Origin: Methanomethylovorans hollandica DSM 15978
Lineage (GTDB): Archaea; Halobacteriota; Methanosarcinia; Methanosarcinales; Methanosarcinaceae
DNA length: 64,000 bases
NCBI RefSeq assembly: GCF_000328665.1
Contig: NC_019977.1
Coordinates: forward strand, 1,054,001 to 1,118,000
Direction: 5' to 3'
Part shown: positions 19,563 to 30,246 of the stretch, piece after piece
How the letters are laid out: each line of letters starts with the position of its first letter
Position numbering within the stretch: position 1 is the stretch's first letter
The notes under the pieces: generated by a model
Databases searched by the model: none
What the model was told of the DNA's origin: nothing
What the model saw: only the letters and a program-made list of their open reading frames with translations
Position numbers and translations under genes: made by a program

Positions 19563-19770
19563 TTAGTATTATTTACTAACATGGAGTAGGCAATAGTGAC
19601 TACATATAAAATTCTCTCTACAATCTAAGTTTGTTTGTCATGTAAGCTAATGTTTCTCGCTAATTTTGGTTCAACTAAGATGAGTACCAGTCAATTCATA
19701 GCTTTTTTCGCTACTCACATCCAAAACTATATCTTTACTCAGATCATCAAGTCTTAGCGGAGCCGTCAAG

Positions 19771-22131
19771 ATGCGCATAGGGGTCTATATTTGTCATTGC
19801 GGGCTGAACATTGCACACGTCATTAACGTGCATAGCCTGCAGGAGAAGGTCAGCAAGCTAAAGGATGTGGTGCTTGTGAAAGATCTGCAGTTCATGTGCT
19901 CGGATTCAGGCCAGGATTCCATAGCTGAGGACATAAAGGCACATGATCTTGATCATATCCTTGTGGCAGCCTGCTCTCCTAAGCTGCATGAACCTACTTT
20001 CAGGCGAGTGCTGCAGAAGGCAGGACTTAACAAGTACATGCTGGAAATGGTGAATATCCGGGAACAATGCTCCTGGGTGCACATGGCAGAACCCCAGCTT
20101 GCAACACAGAAAGCTTTTGACCTCATACGTATGGGTCTCGCACGCCTGAAGCTGCTGGACCCTTTGCAGATAAAAACAGTAACTGCCAACAAGAGTGTAC
20201 TTATCATAGGCGGGGGGGTCGCTGGCATAGAGGCCGCCCTAACTCTTGCTGACAGCGGCTATCATGTACACATGGTGGAAAAGGAACCCACGATCGGTGG
20301 AAAAATGGCATTGCTCAACGAGGTGTTTCCTACGAACGATTGCTCCATCTGCGTGCTTGCACCCAAGATGACCGATGTGCAGCAACATCCGTCCGTCGAT
20401 CTTATGACCATGGCCGAGGTTTCCGAGGTAAGAGGCTTTGCAGGTAATTTCCAGGTAACGGTTACAAAGAAACCCAGATATGTCATAGAGGACAGATGCA
20501 AGGGATGCGTGGACGAATGCTCAAGGGTCTGTCCTGTGGAAATGGCCAACCGTTTTGATATGGGTATGGGCAGGACCAAGGCGATAAACATGCCCATTCC
20601 CCAGGCTGTGCCCCAGGTGGCTTACATTGATAGTGATTACTGTGTAGGCTGTGGACTGTGCATGCAGGCCTGTCCTGCAGATGCCATTGACTACAACATG
20701 AAAGAGGAAACAATATCTATCAAAGTGGGTGCTATCATCCTTGCCAGTGGCTATAAGATATTTGATGCAGCCCGCAAGGAGGAATACGGATATGGTGTTT
20801 ACCCGGATGTCATAACCAACATGGAGCTGGAACGCCTGCTCAATGCGTCCGGACCCACTAGGGGAAAAGTGCTTGTGCCTTCCACCAGGCAAATACCAAA
20901 GAAAGTAGCATTCATACAGTGTGTGGGTTCAAGGGATGAGACTGTGGGCAATCCTTACTGTTCACGTGTATGCTGCATGTCTGCCATGAAAAATGCCCAG
21001 TTGCTCAAGGAACGTTATCACGATATTGAGATCGTTATCCACTACATAGATATACGGGCTGCGGGGGAGATGTATGAAGAGTATTACATCCGTTCCCAGT
21101 CTATGGGTATTGATTTCATAAGGGGGAAAGTGGCTGAGGTACAGCAGGATCTCAATAACAAACTGTTCATGAGGTTCGAGGATACATTAAGTTCCGAGGT
21201 AACAGAAGAATACTATGACCTTGTAGTACTTTCCACTGGAATGGAAGCTCCGGATGATGCTGATAAAATCTCCAGGGTCCTTAATCTTTCCCGCCGTACG
21301 GACCGTTTCTTCGCGATTGCCCATCCCAAGATGAGGCCAGTGGATTCTCATGTGAAGGGAATTTACATAGCGGGTTGTGCTTCCGGTCCCAAAGAGATAC
21401 AGGCGGCTATTGCCCAGGGGCTGGCAGCCTCAGCCAAAACCATGCAATTACTTACCTGGGGAGAGCTGGAAACTGACCCACTAAGTGCTCATGTGGACGA
21501 AGAGAAATGTATAGGGTGCAAAATTTGTGAAGATGTGTGCCAGTTCGGGAAGATCAAGGTGATCAACGGCAAAGCCACGGTAGATGAGGTCTCATGCTAT
21601 GGGTGTGGTGCATGCAGTGCCTCCTGTCCCACGGATGCCATCATGATGCGTAACAGTACTGATGAGCAGATCCTGGCTCAGGTGCGGGCAGCCACTGAAG
21701 TAAAATCCGAGTTCCCTCTTATTGTAGCATTTCTCTGTAACTGGTGCAGCTATACCTGTGCTGATCTTGCAGGCGTTTCAAGGATACAGTATCCTACCAA
21801 TATCAGAGCTATCAGGGTAATGTGTGCTGGTCGCGTGGACCCGGATTTCGTGCTGGAGGCCTTTAAGGGCGGGGCGGACGGTGTACTTGTCGCGGGCTGC
21901 CGGCTTGGTGAATGTCATTACATCTTTGCTAATTACAGTGCCAAAAAGAGGATGGAAGTGCTGCAGGGAGTGCTGGAGGACATAGGTATCGATCCCCATC
22001 GCCTGAAAGTGGAATGGATCTCGGCAGCTGAAGGTGAAAGATTTGCCAGGTCCATAGAGAGTTTCGTGGATGAGCTTAAGGAGATAGGGCCCATAGGTTC
22101 TGAGCTGCTGGAGGGGCACAATGACGGATGA
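19771..22131 (+). CDS. hdrA: Heterodisulfide reductase subunit A fused to an MvhD-like [2Fe-2S] domain
   Basis: RIGVYICHCG, NIREQCSW, IIGGGVAG, FPTNDCSICV, QCVGSRD, CSRVCCM; C-terminal AFLCNWCSY..AD, RVMCAGRVD, GC..GECHY, WISAAEG. Confidence 0.95.
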   Translation: MRIGVYICHCGLNIAHVINVHSLQEKVSKLKDVVLVKDLQFMCSDSGQDSIAEDIKAHDLDHILVAACSPKLHEPTFRRVLQKAGLNKYMLEMVNIREQCSWVHMAEPQLATQKAFDLIRMGLARLKLLDPLQIKTVTANKSVLIIGGGVAGIEAALTLADSGYHVHMVEKEPTIGGKMALLNEVFPTNDCSICVLAPKMTDVQQHPSVDLMTMAEVSEVRGFAGNFQVTVTKKPRYVIEDRCKGCVDECSRVCPVEMANRFDMGMGRTKAINMPIPQAVPQVAYIDSDYCVGCGLCMQACPADAIDYNMKEETISIKVGAIILASGYKIFDAARKEEYGYGVYPDVITNMELERLLNASGPTRGKVLVPSTRQIPKKVAFIQCVGSRDETVGNPYCSRVCCMSAMKNAQLLKERYHDIEIVIHYIDIRAAGEMYEEYYIRSQSMGIDFIRGKVAEVQQDLNNKLFMRFEDTLSSEVTEEYYDLVVLSTGMEAPDDADKISRVLNLSRRTDRFFAIAHPKMRPVDSHVKGIYIAGCASGPKEIQAAIAQGLAASAKTMQLLTWGELETDPLSAHVDEEKCIGCKICEDVCQFGKIKVINGKATVDEVSCYGCGACSASCPTDAIMMRNSTDEQILAQVRAATEVKSEFPLIVAFLCNWCSYTCADLAGVSRIQYPTNIRAIRVMCAGRVDPDFVLEAFKGGADGVLVAGCRLGECHYIFANYSAKKRMEVLQGVLEDIGIDPHRLKVEWISAAEGERFARSIESFVDELKEIGPIGSELLEGHNDG

Positions 22132-23437
22132 CCGTGATGAAACATCCATGTCCCTGGAAAAGGAAATGGATGTGGATGGTACACACTTCATCTATAGGCA
22201 GATCAGCGACAGGTCCGGGAAAGTACTGGATTATGATTACAAACGGTGCATAGGTTGTGGCATCTGCGTAGGTCTCTGCCCCACAAAAGCTCTGGAACTT
22301 GGGCCCATGACGGAGATCTCCATGGGGCTGGATGCACCTCCGGTGACCATGGATCTGGATAAGTGTACTTTCTGTTCCATGTGTGTACAGTTCTGTCCCA
22401 TGCATGCATACTCTATGACCGAAAAAGGGGATTTTCCTTTAAAGGAAAAGTTCCCGCAGTACGACGACTTTGTCCGGGCCAATGAAAAGTGTCTTCCCTG
22501 TGCCTTGTGCGAGGCAGCATGTCCTGAAGATGCTATCCGGCTTGAACTGGATATGCCGACCAAAGCTGAAGTCTCGCCTTTTAAGGAAGGCATAGAAGGG
22601 CAGATAGAGATAGACACGGAGAAGTGCAACCTGTGTGGGCTGTGTGCACGGTTCTGTGATGCATTCCTGCTCATTGAAAGAGAAAAGACACCTACGGATG
22701 TCAGACCTTTCGAACAGCTGCTGGTGGATGAGGATAAATGCGATTACTGTACCCTTTGCCAGGATCTTTGCCCAGAGGAAGCCATTCGTGTGGTCGGTGA
22801 GAAAAGAGGTGTAGCTCCTCCTGTAGCCGGAAGGATAATCATCGATGACAATAAATGCACTCGCTGTACCTGGTGCCAGATAGTATGCCCTTATGATGCA
22901 ATGGATATCAGGAAACCTATTGAAGGTAGGATCACGCTCATTGCTCCTAACGTGAGCAAATGCGATCCTCAGGGCTGTCATGGATGTTTCAATGTCTGTC
23001 CATCACATTTATGGTATGTGTCAAAAGATGGCAAGATCTCCATTCAGCAGGATATGTGTACTTATTGTGGTGCCTGTGTGAATGCCTGCCCGAAGGATGT
23101 GATGCATGTGGAAAGGCACTTAGTGCACCATACAGAAATACCGGACAGCCCCTGGGCCAGCCAGTGGAAAGATGCCATTAATTCTATGGTTACAGGAAAA
23201 CGTAATCTTCCCGATGTATCCCGTACCCTGGAAGTGGAACCGGAACTTCCCAGAGAACATGTGGAAGTTGAACTTCCCAGCATAGACGGTAATCTTCTGG
23301 CGCTTGCAAGAGCACGGCTTGAACAGGTCACGCCCGTATTCAACAGCACTTCTATCCGCAGGATGCTGGAGAAGACTGAAGAGGTTGAGCCTCTGAGGGC
23401 TCGCATAAGGGAACAGATACTTAAAAAAGAACAATAA
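22121..23437 (+). CDS. Polyferredoxin (8 [4Fe-4S] motifs, FwdF/MvhB-like)
   Basis: Eight CxxCxxCxxxC-type motifs, one with variant spacing; overlaps the end of hdrA. Confidence 0.9.
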   Translation: MTDDRDETSMSLEKEMDVDGTHFIYRQISDRSGKVLDYDYKRCIGCGICVGLCPTKALELGPMTEISMGLDAPPVTMDLDKCTFCSMCVQFCPMHAYSMTEKGDFPLKEKFPQYDDFVRANEKCLPCALCEAACPEDAIRLELDMPTKAEVSPFKEGIEGQIEIDTEKCNLCGLCARFCDAFLLIEREKTPTDVRPFEQLLVDEDKCDYCTLCQDLCPEEAIRVVGEKRGVAPPVAGRIIIDDNKCTRCTWCQIVCPYDAMDIRKPIEGRITLIAPNVSKCDPQGCHGCFNVCPSHLWYVSKDGKISIQQDMCTYCGACVNACPKDVMHVERHLVHHTEIPDSPWASQWKDAINSMVTGKRNLPDVSRTLEVEPELPREHVEVELPSIDGNLLALARARLEQVTPVFNSTSIRRMLEKTEEVEPLRARIREQILKKEQ

Positions 23438-23517
23438 GGAACAATGCTTAATACTTGCCTTACTATACGGTCACCAAGTTGTAGACAAGATCACATTCCT
23501 CAAGGGGATCAATTCTT

Positions 23518-25431
23518 ATGGCTGATAACATGGCTGATAAATTAGATTACAGAGCTCTTGGTTTGAAATGCGGGCTTGAGATCCACCAGCAGCTGGACTC
23601 AAAGCAGAAACTGTTCTGCAGGTGCCCCACGATAATAAGGGATATAAAAGAATCAACTTCTGAGTTTTTCAGGTTCCTGCGCCCCACAGCCAGTGAGATG
23701 GGGGAGACAGACAGGGCGGCTCTGGAACAGTCCAAGCTCAACCGTAAATACTGCTATAAGGCCTATGATTCCACGTGCCTTGTGGAAAATGATGACGAAC
23801 CACCCACCGAGGTCAATCCGGAAGCTCTGGACATTGCTCTTGTGATCACAAAACTGCTGCATATGCAGCCCGTTGACCAGATGCATGTAATGCGTAAGAT
23901 AGTGGTGGACGGTTCCAACACCAGCGGTTTCCAGCGTACTGCTTTCCTTGCAAAGGGCGGTTATCTAGAGACTTCCCAAGGACATGTGGGTGTGGATGTG
24001 CTGTGTCTTGAAGAGGAAGCGTGTCAGAAGATAGAGGATCAGGGGGATGTGGTGATATATTCCCTGGACAGGCTGGGCATACCTCTTGTGGAAATAGGCA
24101 CTGCGCCGGATATCATATCACCTGCACATGCAAAAGAAACGGCACAGCAGATAGGAATGCTGCTGCGTTCCACTGGCAAGGTAAAACGCGGTCTTGGTAC
24201 TATCCGCCAGGATGTCAATATTTCAATCGCAAAAGGTGCCAGGGTGGAGCTTAAAGGAGTCCAGGCTCTGGATATCCTGGAAATGCTCGTGGAGAGGGAA
24301 GTGGAACGTCAGGCAAACCTGCTTGAGATAAGGGATGCATTGCTGGCAAAAGGTGCATCTGTGTGTAATAAGATATTTGATGTTAATGGTGTCTTTGAAA
24401 AGACCACTTCCAAGGTCATACAGAAATCTCTGAAGAAAGGCAAGGTGTTTGCTGTATTGCTTCCGGGATTTGCCGGGTTCGTAGGCAGAGAAGTCCAGCC
24501 TGGCAGAAGGCTTGGTACAGAGTTCTCTGACCGTGCCAAGACATCGGGAGTTGGTGGGATATTCCACACCGATGAACTTCCAAATTATGGTATTACTGAG
24601 GCAGAGGTGCTTGCACTGCGCCAGGCAGTGGGTGCAAAGGATGGGGATGCGGTCATAATGGTGGCAGATGTTGAGAAGCGTGCCAGGGGTGCTATGGAAA
24701 GTGTGATAAAAAGAGCAAATGAAGCTCTTTTGGGTGTGCCTGAAGAGACACGTAAAGCACTTCCTGATGGTAACAGCTCCTACCTGCGGCCTCTGCCGGG
24801 GGCTGCAAGGATGTACCCTGAGACCGATGTGCCCCAGGCGGATATTTCAATGGAGCATTTTGCAAGCCTCCCTGTTCCAGAACTGCTCACGGACAAGTCA
24901 AAGCGTTTCACTGCTGAGCTGGACTTAAGTGGCGAACTTGCTGATATGATCGTGTATTCGTCGTATCTCCCTCTGTTCGAGGAACTGGTCGCACGTTTCC
25001 AGGATGGGAAGATCGTGACACCCACCCTTATCTCCCGTACTCTTACGGGTATGCTGCCGGAGCTGAAACGTGATGGTGCGGACATCGACAGACTCTGTGA
25101 TGAGCATTTCAGACAGGTGTTCTCTCTCGTGGAACAGGCTGCATTTTCCAGAGAAGGCATTGATCCTGTGCTTAGAATACTTGCACAGAGGCCAGATATT
25201 TCTGCACAGAAGGCTGCTGCCGAAGCAGGGCTTTCGGGCAGTGATACTGCCGATGTCGAACAGTTCATTGATACTATGATCCATGAAAGGCAGGACTTTG
25301 TGAAAGAAAAAGGCATGGCTGCCGTGGGTCCGCTTATGGGTGTGGTGATGGCTGAGTTCAGAGGCAAAGTAGACGGTAAAATATTGAGTGATATCCTCAA
25401 ACAAAAAATTAATAAGTCGTTAAGTATATAA
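23518..25431 (+). CDS. gatE: Glu-tRNA(Gln) amidotransferase subunit E
   Basis: [71 protein letters not shown]. Confidence 0.97.
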   Translation: MADNMADKLDYRALGLKCGLEIHQQLDSKQKLFCRCPTIIRDIKESTSEFFRFLRPTASEMGETDRAALEQSKLNRKYCYKAYDSTCLVENDDEPPTEVNPEALDIALVITKLLHMQPVDQMHVMRKIVVDGSNTSGFQRTAFLAKGGYLETSQGHVGVDVLCLEEEACQKIEDQGDVVIYSLDRLGIPLVEIGTAPDIISPAHAKETAQQIGMLLRSTGKVKRGLGTIRQDVNISIAKGARVELKGVQALDILEMLVEREVERQANLLEIRDALLAKGASVCNKIFDVNGVFEKTTSKVIQKSLKKGKVFAVLLPGFAGFVGREVQPGRRLGTEFSDRAKTSGVGGIFHTDELPNYGITEAEVLALRQAVGAKDGDAVIMVADVEKRARGAMESVIKRANEALLGVPEETRKALPDGNSSYLRPLPGAARMYPETDVPQADISMEHFASLPVPELLTDKSKRFTAELDLSGELADMIVYSSYLPLFEELVARFQDGKIVTPTLISRTLTGMLPELKRDGADIDRLCDEHFRQVFSLVEQAAFSREGIDPVLRILAQRPDISAQKAAAEAGLSGSDTADVEQFIDTMIHERQDFVKEKGMAAVGPLMGVVMAEFRGKVDGKILSDILKQKINKSLSI

Positions 25432-25439
25432 TTTAATTA

Positions 25440-25757
25440 ATGTTATATGTTAAACATATTAATCTTGTTTATAAATCACTCTGCTCTGATTTTCTTTTTT
25501 TTTTATCGTTGTTCATTCTATTATGCGGTACTGCTACATGTTCACCAGTAATTGAAGATGTACAGGTCACAAGAGGTGTGAACGAGGACAGTCCTACATG
25601 GGGTGTGGATGGGAAAAAACTGGTCTATGCATCGGATCAGGTATTGACAGAAAGGCCTGCTACTGTCATAGGTGCTGTCTTTATGGTGGTGCTTGTATTT
25701 GTGATATTTATGATACGCAGATTCCTAAAAAAAGTCGGTTTTTTTGATTCAATTTAA
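25440..25757 (+). CDS. Small membrane protein with one TolB/PD40-like repeat (possibly an internally deleted remnant)
   Basis: Hydrophobic N-terminus, QVTRGVNEDSPTWGVDGKKLVYASD, C-terminal TM helix plus basic tail. Confidence 0.45.
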   Translation: MLYVKHINLVYKSLCSDFLFFLSLFILLCGTATCSPVIEDVQVTRGVNEDSPTWGVDGKKLVYASDQVLTERPATVIGAVFMVVLVFVIFMIRRFLKKVGFFDSI

Positions 25758-25864
25758 CTTTTTGAGGACTTTGAGAAAGGTATATATATTAGTATTATGC
25801 GGAAGTTACTTTACCATCGCAATACTTATAGCCTATTCATTTCATGTATACCCAGGTTCTTACA

Positions 25865-26959
25865 ATGAAGGCAGTATTAGGATTAGAAGATGGAACGATT
25901 ATTCAAGGCACCGGGTTCGGTGCTGAAGGCATAGTTTCTGGAGAACTGGTTTTTACTACTCAATATACAGGTTATGAGGAGGCGCTTTCTGACCCTTCGT
26001 ATAAAGGGCAGATTCTGATGTTCACTTATCCATTAATCGGCAACTACGGTGTTAGCAACAATTGTTTTGAATCTGACGGGGTCAAGGCCGAAGGCCTTGT
26101 GGTCAGGGAATCCTGTCCTGAGCCCTCTCATTACAGATCAAAGCGTACTATTTTCCAGCTTATGGAGGACGAGGGCAAACCCGGTATAGCCGGTGTGGAT
26201 ACGCGCATGCTTACAATAAAGACGCGTGAGCATGGTACTCTGCGTGCAGCTCTCATCAATGGCAGCGACGATGGGGAGGAAGCTGTGAAGCTTGCTAGGA
26301 AACAGCCCCACATCTCAGAACTGGACTACATATCAATGGTAACCTGTCCGGAACCTTACAGGCTGGAAAGTCCCTTGCGGGACCCTTACAATCCAAAACA
26401 TGTTGTGCTTATGGATATGGGTATGAAGCGCAGCATCACCACAAGCCTCCTCAAGAGGGGTATTGACATCACAGTGGTGCCTGCGAATGCAAGTATTTCA
26501 ATGATAGAATCATACGAACCTGATATGCTTTTCCTTTCCAACGGGCCAGGAGATCCGAAGCAGGCAAAGAACGCGGTTGAGGCTGTAAAGAAGTTTTCAG
26601 GAACACTGCCCATTGTGGGCATATGTCTGGGACATCAGATATTGTCCCGGGCGCTAGGTGCCGAAACCTACAAGCTGAAATTCGGACACAGGGGAGCTAA
26701 CCAGCCTGTCAAGGATTTAGAAACGGGTATAGTACACATCACTTCTCAAAACCACGGTTTTGCAGTGGACGGCGATTCATTTGGATCTGAAGATGTGATT
26801 GTCACACAGGTCAATACCAACGATAAGACGGTGGAAGGTATAGCCCACAAATATCTTGATATGTTCAGTGTGCAGTATCACCCCGATGCACATCCGGGTC
26901 CTATGGATACGGAGAAGATATTCTTTGGTAAAGTTCTCAAGCTCCTGGAAGGTGAGTAA
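25865..26959 (+). CDS. carA: Carbamoyl-phosphate synthase small subunit
   Basis: MKAVLGLEDGT, SDPSYKGQIL, SNGPGDP, GICLGHQ, KFGHRGANQPV, TSQNHGFAV; start ATG 25865. Confidence 0.97.
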   Translation: MKAVLGLEDGTIIQGTGFGAEGIVSGELVFTTQYTGYEEALSDPSYKGQILMFTYPLIGNYGVSNNCFESDGVKAEGLVVRESCPEPSHYRSKRTIFQLMEDEGKPGIAGVDTRMLTIKTREHGTLRAALINGSDDGEEAVKLARKQPHISELDYISMVTCPEPYRLESPLRDPYNPKHVVLMDMGMKRSITTSLLKRGIDITVVPANASISMIESYEPDMLFLSNGPGDPKQAKNAVEAVKKFSGTLPIVGICLGHQILSRALGAETYKLKFGHRGANQPVKDLETGIVHITSQNHGFAVDGDSFGSEDVIVTQVNTNDKTVEGIAHKYLDMFSVQYHPDAHPGPMDTEKIFFGKVLKLLEGE

Positions 26960-26961
26960 TA

Positions 26962-29900
26962 ATGCCCAAAAGGACAGATATTAAGAAAGTATTGCTCATA
27001 GGCTCAGGTCCTATCACCATCGGCCAGGCTGCAGAATTCGACTTTTCAGGCAGCCAGGCATGCAGGTCCCTTAAGGAAGAGGGACTGCAAGTGGTGCTGG
27101 TCAACTCCAACCCGGCTACTATTATGACAGATCCCGAAATGGCAGATGCTGTCTATATAGAGCCACTTGAGCCAAAAACAGTAGCCAAGATCATTGAAAA
27201 GGAGAGGCCCGATGGCATTATTGCAGGTATAGGTGGCCAGACGGGTCTTAACATAACCAGTGAGCTTGCTGAGATGGGCGTCTTCGAGAAGTTCGGCGTA
27301 AAACTGCTGGGCACACCGCTCCAGGCTATTAAGAACACTGAGGACCGTGAACTGTTCAAGGAAACAATGGAGAGCATCGGTGAAAAGGTGCCACGCAGTA
27401 AGGCAGTGTCCACACTTGCAGAAGCAGAAGGGCTCATTGATGAGCTGGGATTGCCTCTTATCATCAGGCCGGCCTATACGCTGGGAGGTGCCGGAGGCGG
27501 TATAGCCCGTTCCCGCGAGGAGCTTCTGGAAATAACTGAAAGAGGACTTCGACGCAGTCGCATCAGCCAGGTGCTTATAGAAGAAAGTGTACTGGGCTGG
27601 AAGGAGTTCGAGTACGAGGTCATGAGGGACTCTAATGATACATGTATCGTAATATGTAACATGGAGAATATCGATCCCATGGGTATCCACACAGGTGAGT
27701 CCATCGTGGTCACACCTTCCCAGACACTTAATGATGAAGAACATCAGATGCTCAGAACTGCAGCCATTAAGATCATCCGTGCATTGGGGATCGAAGGTGG
27801 CTGTAATATCCAGTTCGCTGTGAAGGATGGGGAATACAGGATAGTGGAAGTCAATCCCCGTGTATCGCGCTCATCTGCCCTGGCATCCAAGGCCACAGGC
27901 TATCCAATAGCAAGGGTCACTGCAAAGATCGCAATAGGTATGGCTCTGGACGAGATACTCAACGATGTCACAAAGAAAACCCCTGCATCCTTCGAACCTA
28001 CCATAGACTACGTTGTTACCAAGATCCCGCGCTGGCCATTTGATAAGTTCGTGACGGCAGATAAGACCTTGACCACAGCCATGAAGAGCACAGGAGAGGT
28101 AATGGCCATCGGCAGGACCATTGAGGAATCAATGCTTAAGGCCATAAGGTCCCTGGACATTGACATGTGCTTTGGCAAAGGGGAATGGAATGAAAATGAG
28201 GTCCCTGCTCTTCTGAAAACTCCGACCAGCGAAAGGCTGTTTGTTATCTACAAAGCTCTGGCCACAGGCTTTTCAGTGGAGGAGATCGTAGAGCTCACAT
28301 CTATCGACCCTTTCTTCCTCAGGAAGATCAGGAATATCGTCGATATGGAAAATATGCTTGAGCATGCTGGTTCTAAGGGTGATATACCGACGGATCTGCT
28401 AAGAAAAAGCAAGCGCATGGGATTCACTGATGAACGCATTGCAGAACTTACAGGCAGGAAAAGGGCAGATATCAATGACCTTAGACGTAATGAAGGGATC
28501 ATTGCCACTTACAAGATGGTGGACACATGTTCCGCCGAGTTCGCAGCTGAGACTCCTTATTATTACTCATGCTACGAGCAGATGTGTGAAACAAATCCTT
28601 CCGACAGGAAGAAGGTCCTGATTCTGGGTGCAGGTCCCATCAGGATCGGTCAGGGCATTGAGTTCGATTACTGTACCGTGCACGCTGTTACAGCTATCAG
28701 GGAAGAGGGTATAGAAGCCCATATCATCAACAATAACCCGGAAACCGTATCTACTGACTATGACACTTCTGATAAGCTCTTCTTTGAGCCTCTTACTCTT
28801 GAGGATGTAATGAACGTCATTGACAGGGAAAGGCCGGATGGAGTACTGGTACAGTTCGGCGGCCAGACCTCTGTGAACCTGGCAATACCTCTGGAAAAGG
28901 AACTCAAGAGGCGCACAGATCTTCCGACGGTGATAATGGGTACTTCTCCGGCTGACATGGATGTTGCAGAGGATAGGGAGAAGTTCAACGTTATGATGAA
29001 GCAGCTTGGTATCAATCAGCCTGAAGCGGGTTATGCCACTTCTCAGGAAGATGCTTTTGAAGTTGCTGCCCGTATTGGATATCCTGTACTCGTAAGGCCT
29101 TCATATGTGCTGGGAGGCAGGGCTATGGAAATAGTATACGACCAGAACGATCTGGAAAGGTACATGCGTGAGGCAGTAAGGGTTTCTCCACAGCACCCAA
29201 TTCTGATAGATGATTTCCTGGAAAGCGCTTTGGAGATCGATGTAGATGCTGTGTGCGACGGCAAGAATGTGCTCATCGGAGCTATCATGGAGCATATTGA
29301 GGAAGCAGGTGTGCATTCCGGTGACTCTGCCTGTGTGATACCTCCTCAGTCCTTTGATGAAGAGACACTGGAAACTGTGAGGGACTACACACGCAAGATC
29401 GCATTGGCATTGAACGTGAAGGGATTGCTGAACATCCAGATGGCAAAACAGAACGGTACTGTGTATGTGCTGGAAGCAAATCCACGTTCAAGCAGGACAG
29501 TACCTTTTGTTTCCAAGGCTGTAGGTCTTCCGCTTGCGAAGATCGCCGCAAAGGTCATCATAGGTCATTCTCTGAAAGATATGGGTTACAACCTTGATAA
29601 GGAACCCCAGGTGAACCATGTATCTGTCAAGGAAGTACTGTTACCTTTCGACAAGCTACCGGGAGCAGATCCGGTGCTGGGCCCTGAAATGAAGAGTACA
29701 GGTGAGGTCATGGGCATAGACTATGACTATGGACGTGCTTTCTTCAAGGCGCAGCTCAGTGCGGATAACCTATTGCCTCTTACCGGAAAGGTCTTCATGT
29801 CCATCCGGGGAGCAGACAGGGAGCAGCTTGTGGAGGTTGCCCGCATACTAAAGAATGCCGGTATAGAGCTCATAGGCACTGACGGAACTGCTCAATACCT

Positions 29901-30189
29901 TGCAGAACACGGAATTAAAATGGACATCATTAAAAAGGTACGTGAGGGCAGTCCCAATGTTATCGATATGATGCGCAGGAACGAAGTTTCCCTGGTCATC
30001 AACACGCCTATCAACAAGCAGGCCCGTAAGGACGGTTACATGATACGCAGGGCTGCTGTGGACTTCAAGATACCGTACATCACCACCATCCAGGCTGCTA
30101 TCGCTGCAGCCAAGGCCATTAAGTCTATGAAGGCCGGTGAAATGATCACCAAGTCCATCAACGAATACCACAGGGAGATCCTTAATTAA
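26962..30189 (+). CDS. carB: Carbamoyl-phosphate synthase large subunit
   Basis: MPKRTDIKKVLLIGSGPITIGQAAEFDFSG, duplicated ATP-grasp domains, C-terminal MGS domain. Confidence 0.98.
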   Translation: MPKRTDIKKVLLIGSGPITIGQAAEFDFSGSQACRSLKEEGLQVVLVNSNPATIMTDPEMADAVYIEPLEPKTVAKIIEKERPDGIIAGIGGQTGLNITSELAEMGVFEKFGVKLLGTPLQAIKNTEDRELFKETMESIGEKVPRSKAVSTLAEAEGLIDELGLPLIIRPAYTLGGAGGGIARSREELLEITERGLRRSRISQVLIEESVLGWKEFEYEVMRDSNDTCIVICNMENIDPMGIHTGESIVVTPSQTLNDEEHQMLRTAAIKIIRALGIEGGCNIQFAVKDGEYRIVEVNPRVSRSSALASKATGYPIARVTAKIAIGMALDEILNDVTKKTPASFEPTIDYVVTKIPRWPFDKFVTADKTLTTAMKSTGEVMAIGRTIEESMLKAIRSLDIDMCFGKGEWNENEVPALLKTPTSERLFVIYKALATGFSVEEIVELTSIDPFFLRKIRNIVDMENMLEHAGSKGDIPTDLLRKSKRMGFTDERIAELTGRKRADINDLRRNEGIIATYKMVDTCSAEFAAETPYYYSCYEQMCETNPSDRKKVLILGAGPIRIGQGIEFDYCTVHAVTAIREEGIEAHIINNNPETVSTDYDTSDKLFFEPLTLEDVMNVIDRERPDGVLVQFGGQTSVNLAIPLEKELKRRTDLPTVIMGTSPADMDVAEDREKFNVMMKQLGINQPEAGYATSQEDAFEVAARIGYPVLVRPSYVLGGRAMEIVYDQNDLERYMREAVRVSPQHPILIDDFLESALEIDVDAVCDGKNVLIGAIMEHIEEAGVHSGDSACVIPPQSFDEETLETVRDYTRKIALALNVKGLLNIQMAKQNGTVYVLEANPRSSRTVPFVSKAVGLPLAKIAAKVIIGHSLKDMGYNLDKEPQVNHVSVKEVLLPFDKLPGADPVLGPEMKSTGEVMGIDYDYGRAFFKAQLSADNLLPLTGKVFMSIRGADREQLVEVARILKNAGIELIGTDGTAQYLAEHGIKMDIIKKVREGSPNVIDMMRRNEVSLVINTPINKQARKDGYMIRRAAVDFKIPYITTIQAAIAAAKAIKSMKAGEMITKSINEYHREILN

Positions 30190-30246
30190 GGATACCCTTT
30201 TTATATATATAGTCTTAATTCCAGGTATATTCTGAGGAAGGATATC

